A stretch of 64,000 nucleotides of DNA from Lytechinus pictus (Eukaryota), in contig NC_087245.1 in NCBI RefSeq assembly GCF_037042905.1, positions 15,688,001-15,752,000 of the forward strand. Reading direction: 5' to 3'. The notes under the pieces were generated by a model. That model saw only the letters and a program-made list of their open reading frames with translations. It was not told the DNA's origin and did no database searches. The position numbers were made by a program, and so were the translations under genes. Position 1 is the first letter of the stretch. Every line of letters starts with the position of its first letter. This document shows positions 11,301 to 20,980 of this stretch, piece after piece.

Positions 11301-14300
11301 TATAGACCTATCAGTGTTTTAAGCATAGTATCCAAAATTCTAGAAAAGGCGGTATGTGTTCAGATCGAAAAATATTTTAAAGAAAATGATATGATTTACG
11401 AATATCAGTCAGGTTTTCGACATGACTATTCGACTGAGACATGCCTTATTCACTTGACTGATTATCTGAGAATAAATATGTCTAAGGGACAATTCGTTGG
11501 GATGGTACTCCTAGATCTTCAAAAAGCATTTGATACAGTTAATCACGGCATCTTATTGAAAAAATTACAAATAATGGGTTTTAACCAGGCTACTGTAGCA
11601 TGGTTCAAATCCTACTTGTCGAATCGACATCAAGTAGTGGCTATTCGCGATATTTGTTCCAAAATTATGCCTATAACGTGTGGAGTTCCACAGGGAAGTA
11701 TTTTAGGCCCAATCCTATTTTCAACTTATATCAATGACATGTCTATTTGTTTAAAAGCTGACTGTAAATTATTATTGTATGCAGATGATAGCGTACTACT
11801 TTGTTCAAATGCCAACCCAAAATTTGTTGAGGAAAAACTTAGCGAACAGCTGTCTACATGTGTCGATTGGATGACTGATAATAGATTATCGTTACACTTA
11901 GGCAAAACCGAAAGCATTCTGTTTTGTTCTAAAAGTAATCATAAAACTTCATTTGAATTTGAAGTATCATACAATAATAAGATAATTCATAGGAAAGAAT
12001 CTGTAAAGTATTTAGGCATTGAGTTGACTAGCTCCCTTTCATTTTCATCTTTAGTAGAATCAATCGTAAAAAGGGCGAATGCCCGTTTGAAATTTTTGTA
12101 CAGGTATCAAAGTTGTATGGATCAAAAAGCAAGGCGTATTCTCTGTTTTGCTCTTATTCAGAGTTTATTTGACTATGCCAACCCTGCTTGGTTTAGTGGC
12201 ATAAGCGAACTCGATAAAAAGAAGTTGAAAATTATACAGAATAAAATGGTTAGATTCATTAGCTGTTCTGGTCCCAGAACCCATGTTGGCTACACCGAAC
12301 TCTCTGGAGCAGGTTTTCTTGAAGTCAACAAAAGATCAAAACAGCTTATTTTGCACCACGTGCATAAAATCTATCACAATAGATCGAATCATTACATTGG
12401 ATCAAACTTTAATCTAGTTACCGAAATACATAACTATAATACAAGAAACAGCCATTTCAATTTTTGCTTACCAGAAAGGGTAGGTAGTATTGGTAACTCA
12501 TTTTATTACAATGCTATAAAACATTGGAATTCCCTTCCCAATGATATAAAAGAAATAGGAAACTTTTTGCATTTTAAGAGGAAATTGAAAGAATATCTTT
12601 CACTTGAGAGTCAAAAAGAAGATGCAAATGATATGTTGTACGGTTGATTTAGCCTGAATACTGACCTAGTTCTTTTCTCTTCTCTACTAGATATTATGTA
12701 TTTTACATAGTTTGATTGAAGCTTCGATATGTCCTTTCTTCTATTCTTTCTATTTCTTTTATCTCTTCCTATTCTCCTATTCTTGTTGTTATTGTCGTCA
12801 CGTTTATGCTGTTGTTCTTCTCCTTATTTATTTCCCTTCGTTATCAGTTTCTTCCGTCTCCTTCTACTCCTCGTCCCCTCTCTTCTTCTGTTCCTCCTCT
12901 TCCTTCTCCTTCTTTTCTTCTTCGTTATATTCTTGTATATATCTTATTTATTGGTAATAGTAAATTCTGATTTTTTTTCTTCATTTTTAATATGTAAATA
13001 GTATAATTTTAACATTTTATTATCTTAATTCTGTATATTGAGGACCCCACTGGAAATAAGCTTTCGAGCTTTCGTGGGTCATCCTGTGCAAGCCTGTTGT
13101 TTTAATGCTACTGTATATATGTTATGGTGACTTGCCAAATAAAATCAATCAATCAAAACATATTATTAACACACGTATGAAATAATGAAAAAATTATGAT
13201 TTTATGTAATAACATAAGAAAACGGAAAGTGGAGATGTGACATCATTAGCCTACTTAATGAATATTCATGACGACTGTTTTTACAAAATATTGCTAAACT
13301 TTAAACTCCAATAACTTTATCATTTGTTATCCGATTTTGATGAAATTTTCGGCATTTTGCTCAGTGAATTCTACTCTATGTATTAAGATATATATATTTT
13401 CAGCCCGGACCATCCCTTTGAAAACATAGCACTGGTTTATGAGATAGTGGAAAAATACAAAACCCCACAACCGTTATTACTTTCATATTCGATGATTTTT
13501 TTTTCTTGTAGTTTGCCTTTGGTATGTTGTCTATTCATTCTTCTATTCTTTATCACACTAAACCCTTTTAAGTAACTACGAACTATGCCAACATCCCATT
13601 GTTGTTGTTTTTCTTTTGTAGGGAAGATGTTAGATGCAAGTGTAAGAAAGAGCCAATTCGTACAAAGAGATTAAAATGCACATCTTCTTGTGACGAAACA
13701 AAGCCGACGTGTAGAAGAAAACCGAGAAAGGAAAGAAACAAGGGAGATAACCCGGTGTATTCAGGTATATAACAACTATATTCAGTATAAAAAAAGGTCA
13801 AGGATACAAATAATATGGGGAAAACCGGGCAGTCTTACAGTATGCTATCCCACTGAGCAAGCATGATTACTGTAACGGGCGTATAGATAGGGGCGGCTTG
13901 GGGGCACTTAACCCCCGTGAGTCTCACGACCATGGCAATAAAAAAGGAGGAAAGATAAAGTGGGAAATATTATATAATTTGCTGATTGTTATGTCAAAAT
14001 CTATCACAAAATAAGATTTTAGTTTTAAAAAATGTCCGGAATTTCTATCGCTCTCGAATTTTCATACATTTTGCTTCATCGGCCGTGCTGTGCCCCCTCT
14101 TTATGGGAGGGGAAGGGGCTCATTCAGTTCTCTGTGGGTTCGTGTTTCTCAAAGCTGTTTGTGAAGTTACGGAAAACTTTTTAATAGGAAACGTCTGGAA
14201 AATAGGAATGTGGAAATAGATGCATTAACTTACGATGAAATATGCATTGGCATTTGATGTTCGTGTTGTAAACATGCGTCCATTTTATAATTTTATGATT

Positions 14301-17300
14301 TTTTAACGACATTATTTGAAATTTGATCAAAAATTAGGTCAAATGTCAGCGGATAATTTGGATTAACATCACTTGGCACTTCAGGTATCGCACTTTAAAG
14401 TGGACCTCAAATTACATTAATTTGGAGAGTTGCTGGTAACATTCCGACTATAGCTTTAATAACCAACTCCATTGCACCCACTTGATCAATGAAGAAATAC
14501 ACGTACCATTTTATGAGGCCGCTATCATTATCAAATACAATCGCTCACGATGGTGGTCTCCTGCATTTATCTAAATCTTAATTATAACTTTGCTGAATAA
14601 ATAATCCATTTTGTTGATATTTATTTATCATTGCTTATTGTAGGACCATTGAAGCAAAGTTCTGTTATTCATTTAATTTGTTTATGTCATGTTGCATACT
14701 CAACTCTGATGTGAATGCAGTAATTAAATAGAATGAAATAAAATCAAATTAAATCAAATTTAGTGGGACTCCTTTCTCATCTAAAAGGTACACAGTGCCA
14801 CAACAGTGCACATAATTATAGGGTTGAGTTTTGGATTTATGAAAATTTGCGAGATGATAAAACGAGCGAGTAATATTTTCAGTAATATTTTGTCATAGCT
14901 CTGGGGTGTCAAAGGGTCAAATCAGTTTGCTCTTTGACGAAATTCGATTCACATTGTGGGCTTAAATTTTCAACTCAGTGATTCTTCAAAGATTATACTT
15001 CTTTTTGAAAATTACTTGGTTTTCAAACGCGATCCCATCATCAACGAATGTACCGGTAAAAACACACGCTTATTTCATATTTCTCACAATTGCAGCTATT
15101 GATTGCCATTTTTTTCCATCGCATGAAACTAGATATTAGGATGATAAAAATCAAAGGATTGGTAACGTTGTAAAGTATTGATTACTCTTTTCATGACTAG
15201 ATATAATCCGATGTCAGATCTGTGGCGATAAAGCATCCGGCATGCATTATGGTGTCTATTCGTGTGAAGGATGTAAGGTGAGCAACTTGTCAATGCCACT
15301 TTTAGTTAATCCCTGATTATCATAATTTGTTTTATAAATCATCAAAAAAACTCTTTCAAGATTTACTCCAAGTCTTAATATCGATTTATCCCTACAAGCT
15401 ATGGAATACTTACTTGTAGGCCTGAATATCCAGACATATTCTCTACAATCATGGGCGTCGCCGAAATAAGGTATTTTTAAGGGGATAGGGGGGACGGACG
15501 ACTCAGAATTTTGTTTATAGTTTTTTCCCCCGCCTTTCTCCTCGTTTTTTTAATTGAAAAAATAATCATATCTACATATATATCATATATATATATATAT
15601 ATATACCGTCTTGAACTTATATTCGTAAAGTGTATAAATCGGAAAAAGTGTTGTTAGTGTTGATAAGCTCCTTATCAAAAAGTTGATAATTTCTAAAATG
15701 ATTATTAAATGATATTTTAATTAAAGATTTCATATTAGATAATATATGAGTGTGAAAATTACTGAATTTCATAATACAGTTGGACCATATATAAGAGATC
15801 TTAAACACAAATCTTGCGGGCAAACTTTGGACGACCCACAGCTGCAAAATTTCTTATTTAATCCAAACCTAACAAAGTTCAAGAAAGTCAAGTGATGATA
15901 ATTAACTTTTGGAACTTTGCCTATTTTCCATTGCTACGATAGCTTTGTCCAAATACAATTTCAATTGACCTTGACCAAATATTGATTCAATTCAATCTGA
16001 GTGTTTAAGGTAGTGATTGACCGATACTGTCATACTCATCTATATTTCGTCATATTTCTTATAGGGATTTTTCAGGCGAACGCAGCGATTGAAGATTGAC
16101 TATAAACCTTGTCCATACTGGGGGCAACCCGATGGTTGTATCGTCAACATAGGTACAAGGAACAAGTGCCAATACTGCAGATACCAAAAATGTCTTGTAC
16201 TTGGGATGTCCTCTGCAGGTAAGACCCTGGGAAATTGTGTTCCACACAAGGGCCAAGGGGGGGGGTGGTTGGTATTTTTAGACGTGTCCATGATGTGATT
16301 ATTTATCATGGGGTAAGAGTTTTTAAATCACAGTACACACTACATTTGCACCCTAAATGAAATATAAAACTGATAGCACCTTTGGGGGTGTTATTTTGAA
16401 CCCTAAATGGGAAATAGGTGCAAAATTTTACCTTTTTATTATCTGCACCAAGAAATTATCCTTATAAGGTGCATCTTTTCTCCTCTTAAGGTTGATAGTA
16501 GTTCACATGTTAAGAACGGTTGTAATATGCACCTTTATTAAAAGGTTCATCTTTGCACCCTATTTAGGTGCTTAATGTCGCTAAATGCACCTTGAAATGA
16601 ACATAAGAACACTTTATTAGCACTCATTGTAGTACTGCTATTGTACCAATCCCTAGGGTTCAAATTTTAACCCATATTTCTCAGTGTGTATGGAAAAGCT
16701 GGGCTTGACCATTGCCGCTAACCTATAGATAGCAGCTTGGTCAAAGGTGCCCAAAGTGCAGTGGGCGGGGTTGGGAGGAGCGAAAAATTGCACCCTCCCT
16801 GATTTTAAATGAAGTGGTAACTTTGGAGGGATGTAAGATAATTTTTGGAGCTATTGAGCCGAAGCTACTAGTTCGTTTTATTGTCAGGAAAAAAAATCAT
16901 ACATGGATAATAACATTAAATGAAATTTGAAATACTGAAACGAATTTAAATTCCACACATTAATTCCAATTTATTTAGTTTGTGGATTATAATATAAGTG
17001 CCTTTGAACATTTTTCAGGCATTTATAAACAAATAGTGATATTAATTGTTTATTATGGGCTTAAGATGCAATAATACTTTATCTTAAACATTGGTCGGTT
17101 CTTGGACTTTCTATACTCCCTGTGTAGTATTCCAGTTAGTTTTTTCGGTTCCATGACATTTGCTCCGGCGACAATTGCTCCGCTGCAAATTCCACACATT
17201 AATGGATTTACCAACTTTAACCCTGGATTTAACGCCATACCCTAAACCTACAATAGAACCCCATTGTAATCCTTACCCTAAACCTGTATCTTAGACGAAA

Positions 17301-20300
17301 TAAAACCTAGAGCGATCGTTGCCGAAGCAAAGACCGTGTCACCCCCTTGGGTTGACACTAAAATGCTCGATAAATCAATAGTGTTGGTTTTATTTTCCCA
17401 ATTACCAAAATAATGAAAAAACGAAGTTCATCTAAAAGTAATAACTTCCCAGTATACCGAGATTATGATTATACAAATAATACACATCGTCGATGGCATT
17501 AGTCAGAATTACGCGCCCGTATTTGAACAGTTTTTACACGTTTGTACTCTTTCAGTTGTAACAGGCGTGCCCGAACAAAATAATGATGTGGATCCATTTT
17601 GGATCCATTGAATACCAGTAATCGGAAGATGACAGTACATGAAAAGACGAGTCACAGGATATATTTCCGCCATTCATTAAATTAGAATCCAAACATGCTA
17701 AATCTCAATTTTCTAACGGTTAATACGCAGTATCCTGGATGATTTAAACAAAGTTTTACCCCCTCAAAAAAAAAGCCCACACCAATCTTTTCGCCGAAAT
17801 AACCAAGTTGACAAATCCATTTTCTTTTTAATGTTAATCAGCCGTTCGGATGGGACGTGTTCCGAAGCAAGAAGTCCTGAAACTCAAAGAGGAGCTGGAC
17901 GAAAAGGACAATGTCTTACATGAAACAGAAGATCAGAAGGCACATCGGACATTCGTCGATTCGCTTACGGAGCAGTTCAATGCTATCGTCTGTGGTACGA
18001 CACAGCAGGACCTGGATAAATTCTGGAAGCGATGTTCAAGGGTAAGTTGAAAGCTACTGGATATTTTTTTTGTCCTGGAAATTTGACTCTGGGCAAAATG
18101 ATACCATTTTGCAGCGTAAGAAACCTTCTGATGAACAAAGATCGGGAAACGATGGTAGTCTTTCCATCGATTATTGTATATGCACAAGAAATAAACACTT
18201 GTTCTGATCCATGTTGAATGGTTACAGAATGGATATTGAGTCAATCGATAGAAATGTTCTTCTTTAACTTCATGTTCGTACCAATATCATGAATATGTTG
18301 ATCGGGGTTCACATGAAACAAATCTCTAGTCCATAACTAAGATATGATTCTCGTGTATTTCTGCTTTTATTTCCCATTAGCCTTTTACTGCTCACATGCC
18401 TTCGGGTACCTATGTTATTGAAGGGATGCAACTGGACAAAGACGGCCCACCTCGGGAGATCACCAGCCGGGCTGAAATGGCTCAGCAGTGCTTCGTCAGT
18501 ATGGAAGTCATCATCGAGAAGTTCGCTACATTTTCCAAACAGCTTCCCGAGTTCCGACGGCTGTCCTCCGCGGACCAACTGACACTGTTCAAGGGGGCTG
18601 CCTTGGAGGTGTGCGCCACTTTAAACTCCAGTAGGTACTACCATGGTGTCTACAGGTGAGAATTTCGTGCTAAAAGTTTGTTACGTCCGACGGCGATTCC
18701 GGGTTAGTGTTGGTGAGCCGGATCGGTAGGCCTCTTGAGAGTGCGCCAAAGGGTGTTTACTTATTAATACCTGAGAAAGCCCTTCAACAATGGGGCATCG
18801 TTGCACTTGAGTTGCCTATTATCATACCAGAATCCAATGAATCTAAGATCGGTTAGAGACATCGTCCCGATGAATTATAGCTATATAAAAAGGAAAATAT
18901 AATTTGTACGATTGTTTCAAAAGTGACTTGATTGATTCTGCAGTCCTCACGCTTATCGTCCTTCCAACATGCCGACCCAAAAGTAATCATTGACTATTGA
19001 CAGAAAGTGGCAACAATTTCGGCAATGATAATACTGACCAAACTGTATTTCCGTAAATAATCACAGTTGTCAATTAAGATCGGCATAACATGGCATTTGT
19101 CGATGCTTAGGCCTAGCAATATTACCTTATTCAATTCTGAAAAAGTAAGCCCTTGAACTTGTAGGTCATAGCAAGCCAAACATTTTTTTTCAGCAACGGT
19201 ATCGTTCTATACATGCTTTCACAACCGATGTACAACTTTGATACACAGTACATTATTAACGCTTGTCATTGTTTTTTTTTTTAATATTAGGTTCCCAGAG
19301 ATCAACACGTACATTCGAAGAGACGTGGCGGAGAATTCCCCCTTTGGGAAGGTGACCCCATACACGACAGAGATGGTGTTCTATGAGATGTTCAACGATC
19401 TCGGCTTGACGGACAAAGAGAAGGCTATATTCTGCACATTCCTTCTTTACACTCCAGGTAATAAGCTATAGGTCTAACCTGCTCTAGCCACAAACATGAC
19501 AAATTTTCTAGGAAGATCTGTCAATTTCTGAAGAAAGGTTAACCCACTGCAATTTGCTCTAGTATCCAATGGTTTATTTGTATCTTTGTATTTTCTTTAA
19601 AAAAGTATGATCCTTTATCTACCTTATTGATGACAAGTTATTTAATCTTTAAGTGATTTGACCGTGTGAGGTGCAAAACAAAACATAGGAGTCAAGCGCA
19701 AGGTAAAAATGTACAAGAATAGGGAGATTTTATGCGATAGTTCAAGACGGTCGTAGTCTTTAAACAGCAGTGAAAAGATAGTCATATTGTAAATTACATA
19801 TTCTAGCTCTTATTCAATTGAAGGTCTTCCTTTGTTCTGACTCGCTTTGTTGTGAATCATGCAGGATAATACTCTGGCACCGATTTAAAGGGGGTGATTT
19901 GTCTCTTTCTGTATGGTGCATGAAAGATCTTCTCTATTCTATAGTTCTTCATGACACATTTCTTGAATCCTTTCATTTCCTGTACAGATCGAGAAGGTCT
20001 CGTAGACAGAGAGGTAGTGGAGCATCATCAGGAACACCTTGCACAAACCCTATACCGGGAGGTCAAGAAGAACCATCAAGGTAACGTCTATGCCAAGCTC
20101 ATGGATGTTGCTGTAGCCCTCCGCTCCTTGGTCCCAGACCACGTTGAGCGGTTGAAACAGATCAAGATGCGATGCAATGGTCACCTGCCGGCAGAGCTTA
20201 GTCCACTGCTTAACGAGGTTTACGGGAGTATAGTATGGCTGCAGACAGACGAAGAAATGCCTTCGAATTCCATGCCAGCAGGAACAACCGGAACAGGCAA

Positions 20301-20310
20301 CCCACTGTGA
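8026..20310 (+). CDS. PPAR: PPAR-like (NR1C) nuclear receptor, spliced CDS join(8026..8342,13622..13764,15201..15277,16065..16218,17842..18041,18381..18655,19291..19457,19988..20310), 551 aa
   Basis: All 7 introns are GT-AG with matching phases (2,1,0,1,0,2,1), and the summed length of 1656 nt is an open frame. The C4 DBD reads [71 protein letters not shown], compared with PPARgamma [45 protein letters not shown] motifs are [33 protein letters not shown] and AF-2 LSPLLNEVY (PPARgamma LHPLLQEIY). The subfamily call is by eye, not by phylogeny. Confidence 0.85.
8461..8751. mobile_element. MITE with ~60-bp imperfect TIRs in the first coding intron
   Basis: TTGAGTCCATGGTTTATGCAGATTT on the left is the reverse complement of AAATCTGCATAAACCATGGACTCAA on the right; the outer arms also pair imperfectly. 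Confidence 0.8.
9270..9400 (+). mobile_element. Old CR1-group LINE ORF2 C-terminal remnant
   Basis: Translates [14 protein letters not shown], resembling [14 protein letters not shown] at the end of the adjacent intact ORF2. Confidence 0.55.
9477..9816. mobile_element. Kolobok-like non-autonomous element fragment, copy 1; tandem copy 2 is 9831-9911 plus 13158-13419, split by the LINE
   Basis: aactagaaaaattggattgac...cagcccggaccttccctTTAA is repeated. The end CCCT-TTAA resembles TTAA-target elements; the superfamily is inferred. Confidence 0.6.
9912..13157 (+). mobile_element. 5'-truncated CR1-group (Crack/L2/CR1-like) non-LTR retrotransposon
   Basis: Contains ORF2, a pyrimidine-rich 3'UTR, a 3' stem-loop (13041-13085), AATAAA at 13138 and an (AATC)n tail. 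ACATA is duplicated at 9907-9911 and 13158-13162, and the host repeat resumes exactly after the tail. Confidence 0.92.
9918..12647 (+). CDS. LINE ORF2 (partial APE endonuclease plus reverse transcriptase), N-terminally truncated
   Basis: The frame is open upstream of the track start at 10029 ([19 protein letters not shown]). Motifs: IYRPP, LGDMN, SLLDHV, ISDH (APE); [44 protein letters not shown] (RT). No internal stops. Confidence 0.93.
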   Translation, partial: DRLSGSGGGVCFYVRNDIAFNIIDVLSTGDSESLWINLLLPRSKPIIAGVIYRPPKSNQFIEKMSNILDILKKDDEIILLGDMNVCLFQKSPLAKKYTDLLSLHGFSQLIKDATRVTHTCSSLLDHVICNNEQKISQSGVIDLGISDHSFTFCTRKKIRLAIGVHRTTDIRSLKKYSEESFNLKLSAVDWSDLTQCTDVNKAWSVFQNTFISTLNMIAPQKRIRIKQRSENWMTKDIISLIRERNVAYKKMKKNLSDQDYDTLSKRYKKLRNMVQREVKKAKLEYLQNKIEENKNDSKRLWQNLKSLGLKKKNGKDQELVVSIDGELCHDKITISNEFNSYFTNVAATLVDKLPSCKDIFSADSENIRKFYEKKGISQDKFELLPVSDQFIFNELRKLNVSKSTGLDLIPAKFLKEGAKSLYKPLNFLINLSIFTSTFPEDMKIAKVTPIHKKKDKTAVENYRPISVLSIVSKILEKAVCVQIEKYFKENDMIYEYQSGFRHDYSTETCLIHLTDYLRINMSKGQFVGMVLLDLQKAFDTVNHGILLKKLQIMGFNQATVAWFKSYLSNRHQVVAIRDICSKIMPITCGVPQGSILGPILFSTYINDMSICLKADCKLLLYADDSVLLCSNANPKFVEEKLSEQLSTCVDWMTDNRLSLHLGKTESILFCSKSNHKTSFEFEVSYNNKIIHRKESVKYLGIELTSSLSFSSLVESIVKRANARLKFLYRYQSCMDQKARRILCFALIQSLFDYANPAWFSGISELDKKKLKIIQNKMVRFISCSGPRTHVGYTELSGAGFLEVNKRSKQLILHHVHKIYHNRSNHYIGSNFNLVTEIHNYNTRNSHFNFCLPERVGSIGNSFYYNAIKHWNSLPNDIKEIGNFLHFKRKLKEYLSLESQKEDANDMLYG
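13622..13764 (+). CDS. PPAR: PPAR-like coding exon 2 (Cys/Lys/Arg-rich pre-DBD segment)
   Basis: Acceptor ttttcttttgtAG, donor CAG|GTATAT. Open frame (R)[47 protein letters not shown]. Phase 2 in and phase 1 out bridges exon 1 and exon 3 exactly. Confidence 0.7.
15201..15277 (+). CDS. PPAR: PPAR-like coding exon 3 (zinc finger 1, P-box CEGCK)
   Basis: (D)[25 protein letters not shown]; acceptor ctAG at 15200, donor AAG|GTGAG. Not in the ORF track. Confidence 0.95.
16065..16218 (+). CDS. PPAR: PPAR-like coding exon 4 (zinc finger 2)
   Basis: [51 protein letters not shown]; acceptor atAG at 16064, donor CAG|GTAAG. Confidence 0.95.
16330..16688. mobile_element. Degenerate MITE with many GCACC/GGTGC subterminal motifs and a CAGTG right end
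   Basis: Repeated GCACC(C/T) motifs in both orientations; ends tttctcagtg. Confidence 0.4.
17150..17343. mobile_element. Small non-autonomous element with subterminal inverted repeats and CCCTAA-like core (Helentron/MITE-like)
   Basis: TTTGCTCCGGCGACAATTGCTC pairs imperfectly with GAGCGATCGTTGCCGAAGCAAA; internal ACCCTAAACC motifs. Confidence 0.5.
17842..18041 (+). CDS. PPAR: PPAR-like coding exon 5 (C-terminal extension, hinge, start of LBD)
   Basis: (A)[18 protein letters not shown]...KRCSR, containing the NR1-type GRxP box; acceptor tcAG at 17841, donor AGG|GTAAGT. Confidence 0.9.
18381..18655 (+). CDS. PPAR: PPAR-like coding exon 6 (LBD helices 3-5)
   Basis: PFTAHMPS...[43 protein letters not shown], the NR LBD signature; acceptor cattAG at 18380, donor CAG|GTGAG. 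Confidence 0.92.
19291..19457 (+). CDS. PPAR: PPAR-like coding exon 7 (LBD helices 6-8)
   Basis: (R)[11 protein letters not shown]...[22 protein letters not shown], compared with PPAR [22 protein letters not shown]; acceptor attAG at 19290, donor CAG|GTAATA. Confidence 0.9.
19988..20310 (+). CDS. PPAR: PPAR-like coding exon 8 (LBD helices 9-12, F domain, stop)
   Basis: (D)[17 protein letters not shown]...[22 protein letters not shown]...LSPLLNEVY...*; acceptor tacAG at 19987. Confidence 0.92.
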
Positions 20311-20980
20311 TCATTGAGACTTTGATACTTTCTAGATTTACACTGACGTAATATTAAATGTAGAGTGAAGATACTTGACACCCAAACAGCGCCCCTTCCA
20401 ATTTCTGACAAGGTGGTTAGCAGTGATATTGCACCAGTTCCAAGTTTTGACGCCAGTACTAGCTAGATATTACACTTTTAAGTGGTCTTTCCTTTCCCCC
20501 TTCTTCCTTATTATTCCTCACCTCAAGATTCCGTTGCGCCAGAGGCATATAGCACCCTGCCCCCATAGAAATGCCACTTGATATAACGAATTTAACAGTT
20601 TAGACATTATAATTCCTTGCTGTCTGTTCAATAATAGAATTGATGATATGGGTGGCGTGCAGATATGGAAACCATTGGATACTCCAGCGAGTGAAAGGAC
20701 AGAGCCAAATCGTTTGGTATTTTTCATTATGTTGTAATAGATTTGACAAAAATGACCAACATTTTAACGTTTGTTAAATTTGTATGACCATAAATTATGT
20801 GCCCTGTCTCATAATTTGCACGTACAACGTCACCTTTAGTCTTTCGTCTACCTTTATAGAGATACATATTGATGCCTTCACTGTATCTCACGTTACATGC
20901 TGGGTCAAAAGACACGTGCAATCAAAAGACTTACCTGTGACTGAAATAATTCCTCTCGTAAAGTGAGAGCATGAATGACC

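Noticed and set aside
10029..12647. RT ORF as a domesticated gene or a retron/defence-type RT system
   Set aside because: It has APE-RT LINE architecture with 5' truncation, a repeat tail and a TSD, and no native start codon. It is an ordinary retrotransposon copy.
13583..13595. Minus-strand GATGTTGGCATAG matches the 3' part of miR-31
   Set aside because: The seed region does not match, no hairpin is evident, and it lies in a splice-acceptor region.
13660..13720. [15 protein letters not shown] resembles the fungal Zn2Cys6 (GAL4-type) signature
   Set aside because: The required C-x2-C pairs and six-Cys spacing are absent, so this is treated as coincidence. The exon itself is kept as a finding.
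15201..18041. Assignment of the receptor to E75/Rev-erb (NR1D) because of CEGCKG and GRVPK
   Set aside because: [10 protein letters not shown] (rather than RRSIQQ), RNKCQYCR and an intact PLL.E.Y AF-2 fit PPAR better. A phylogeny is still needed.
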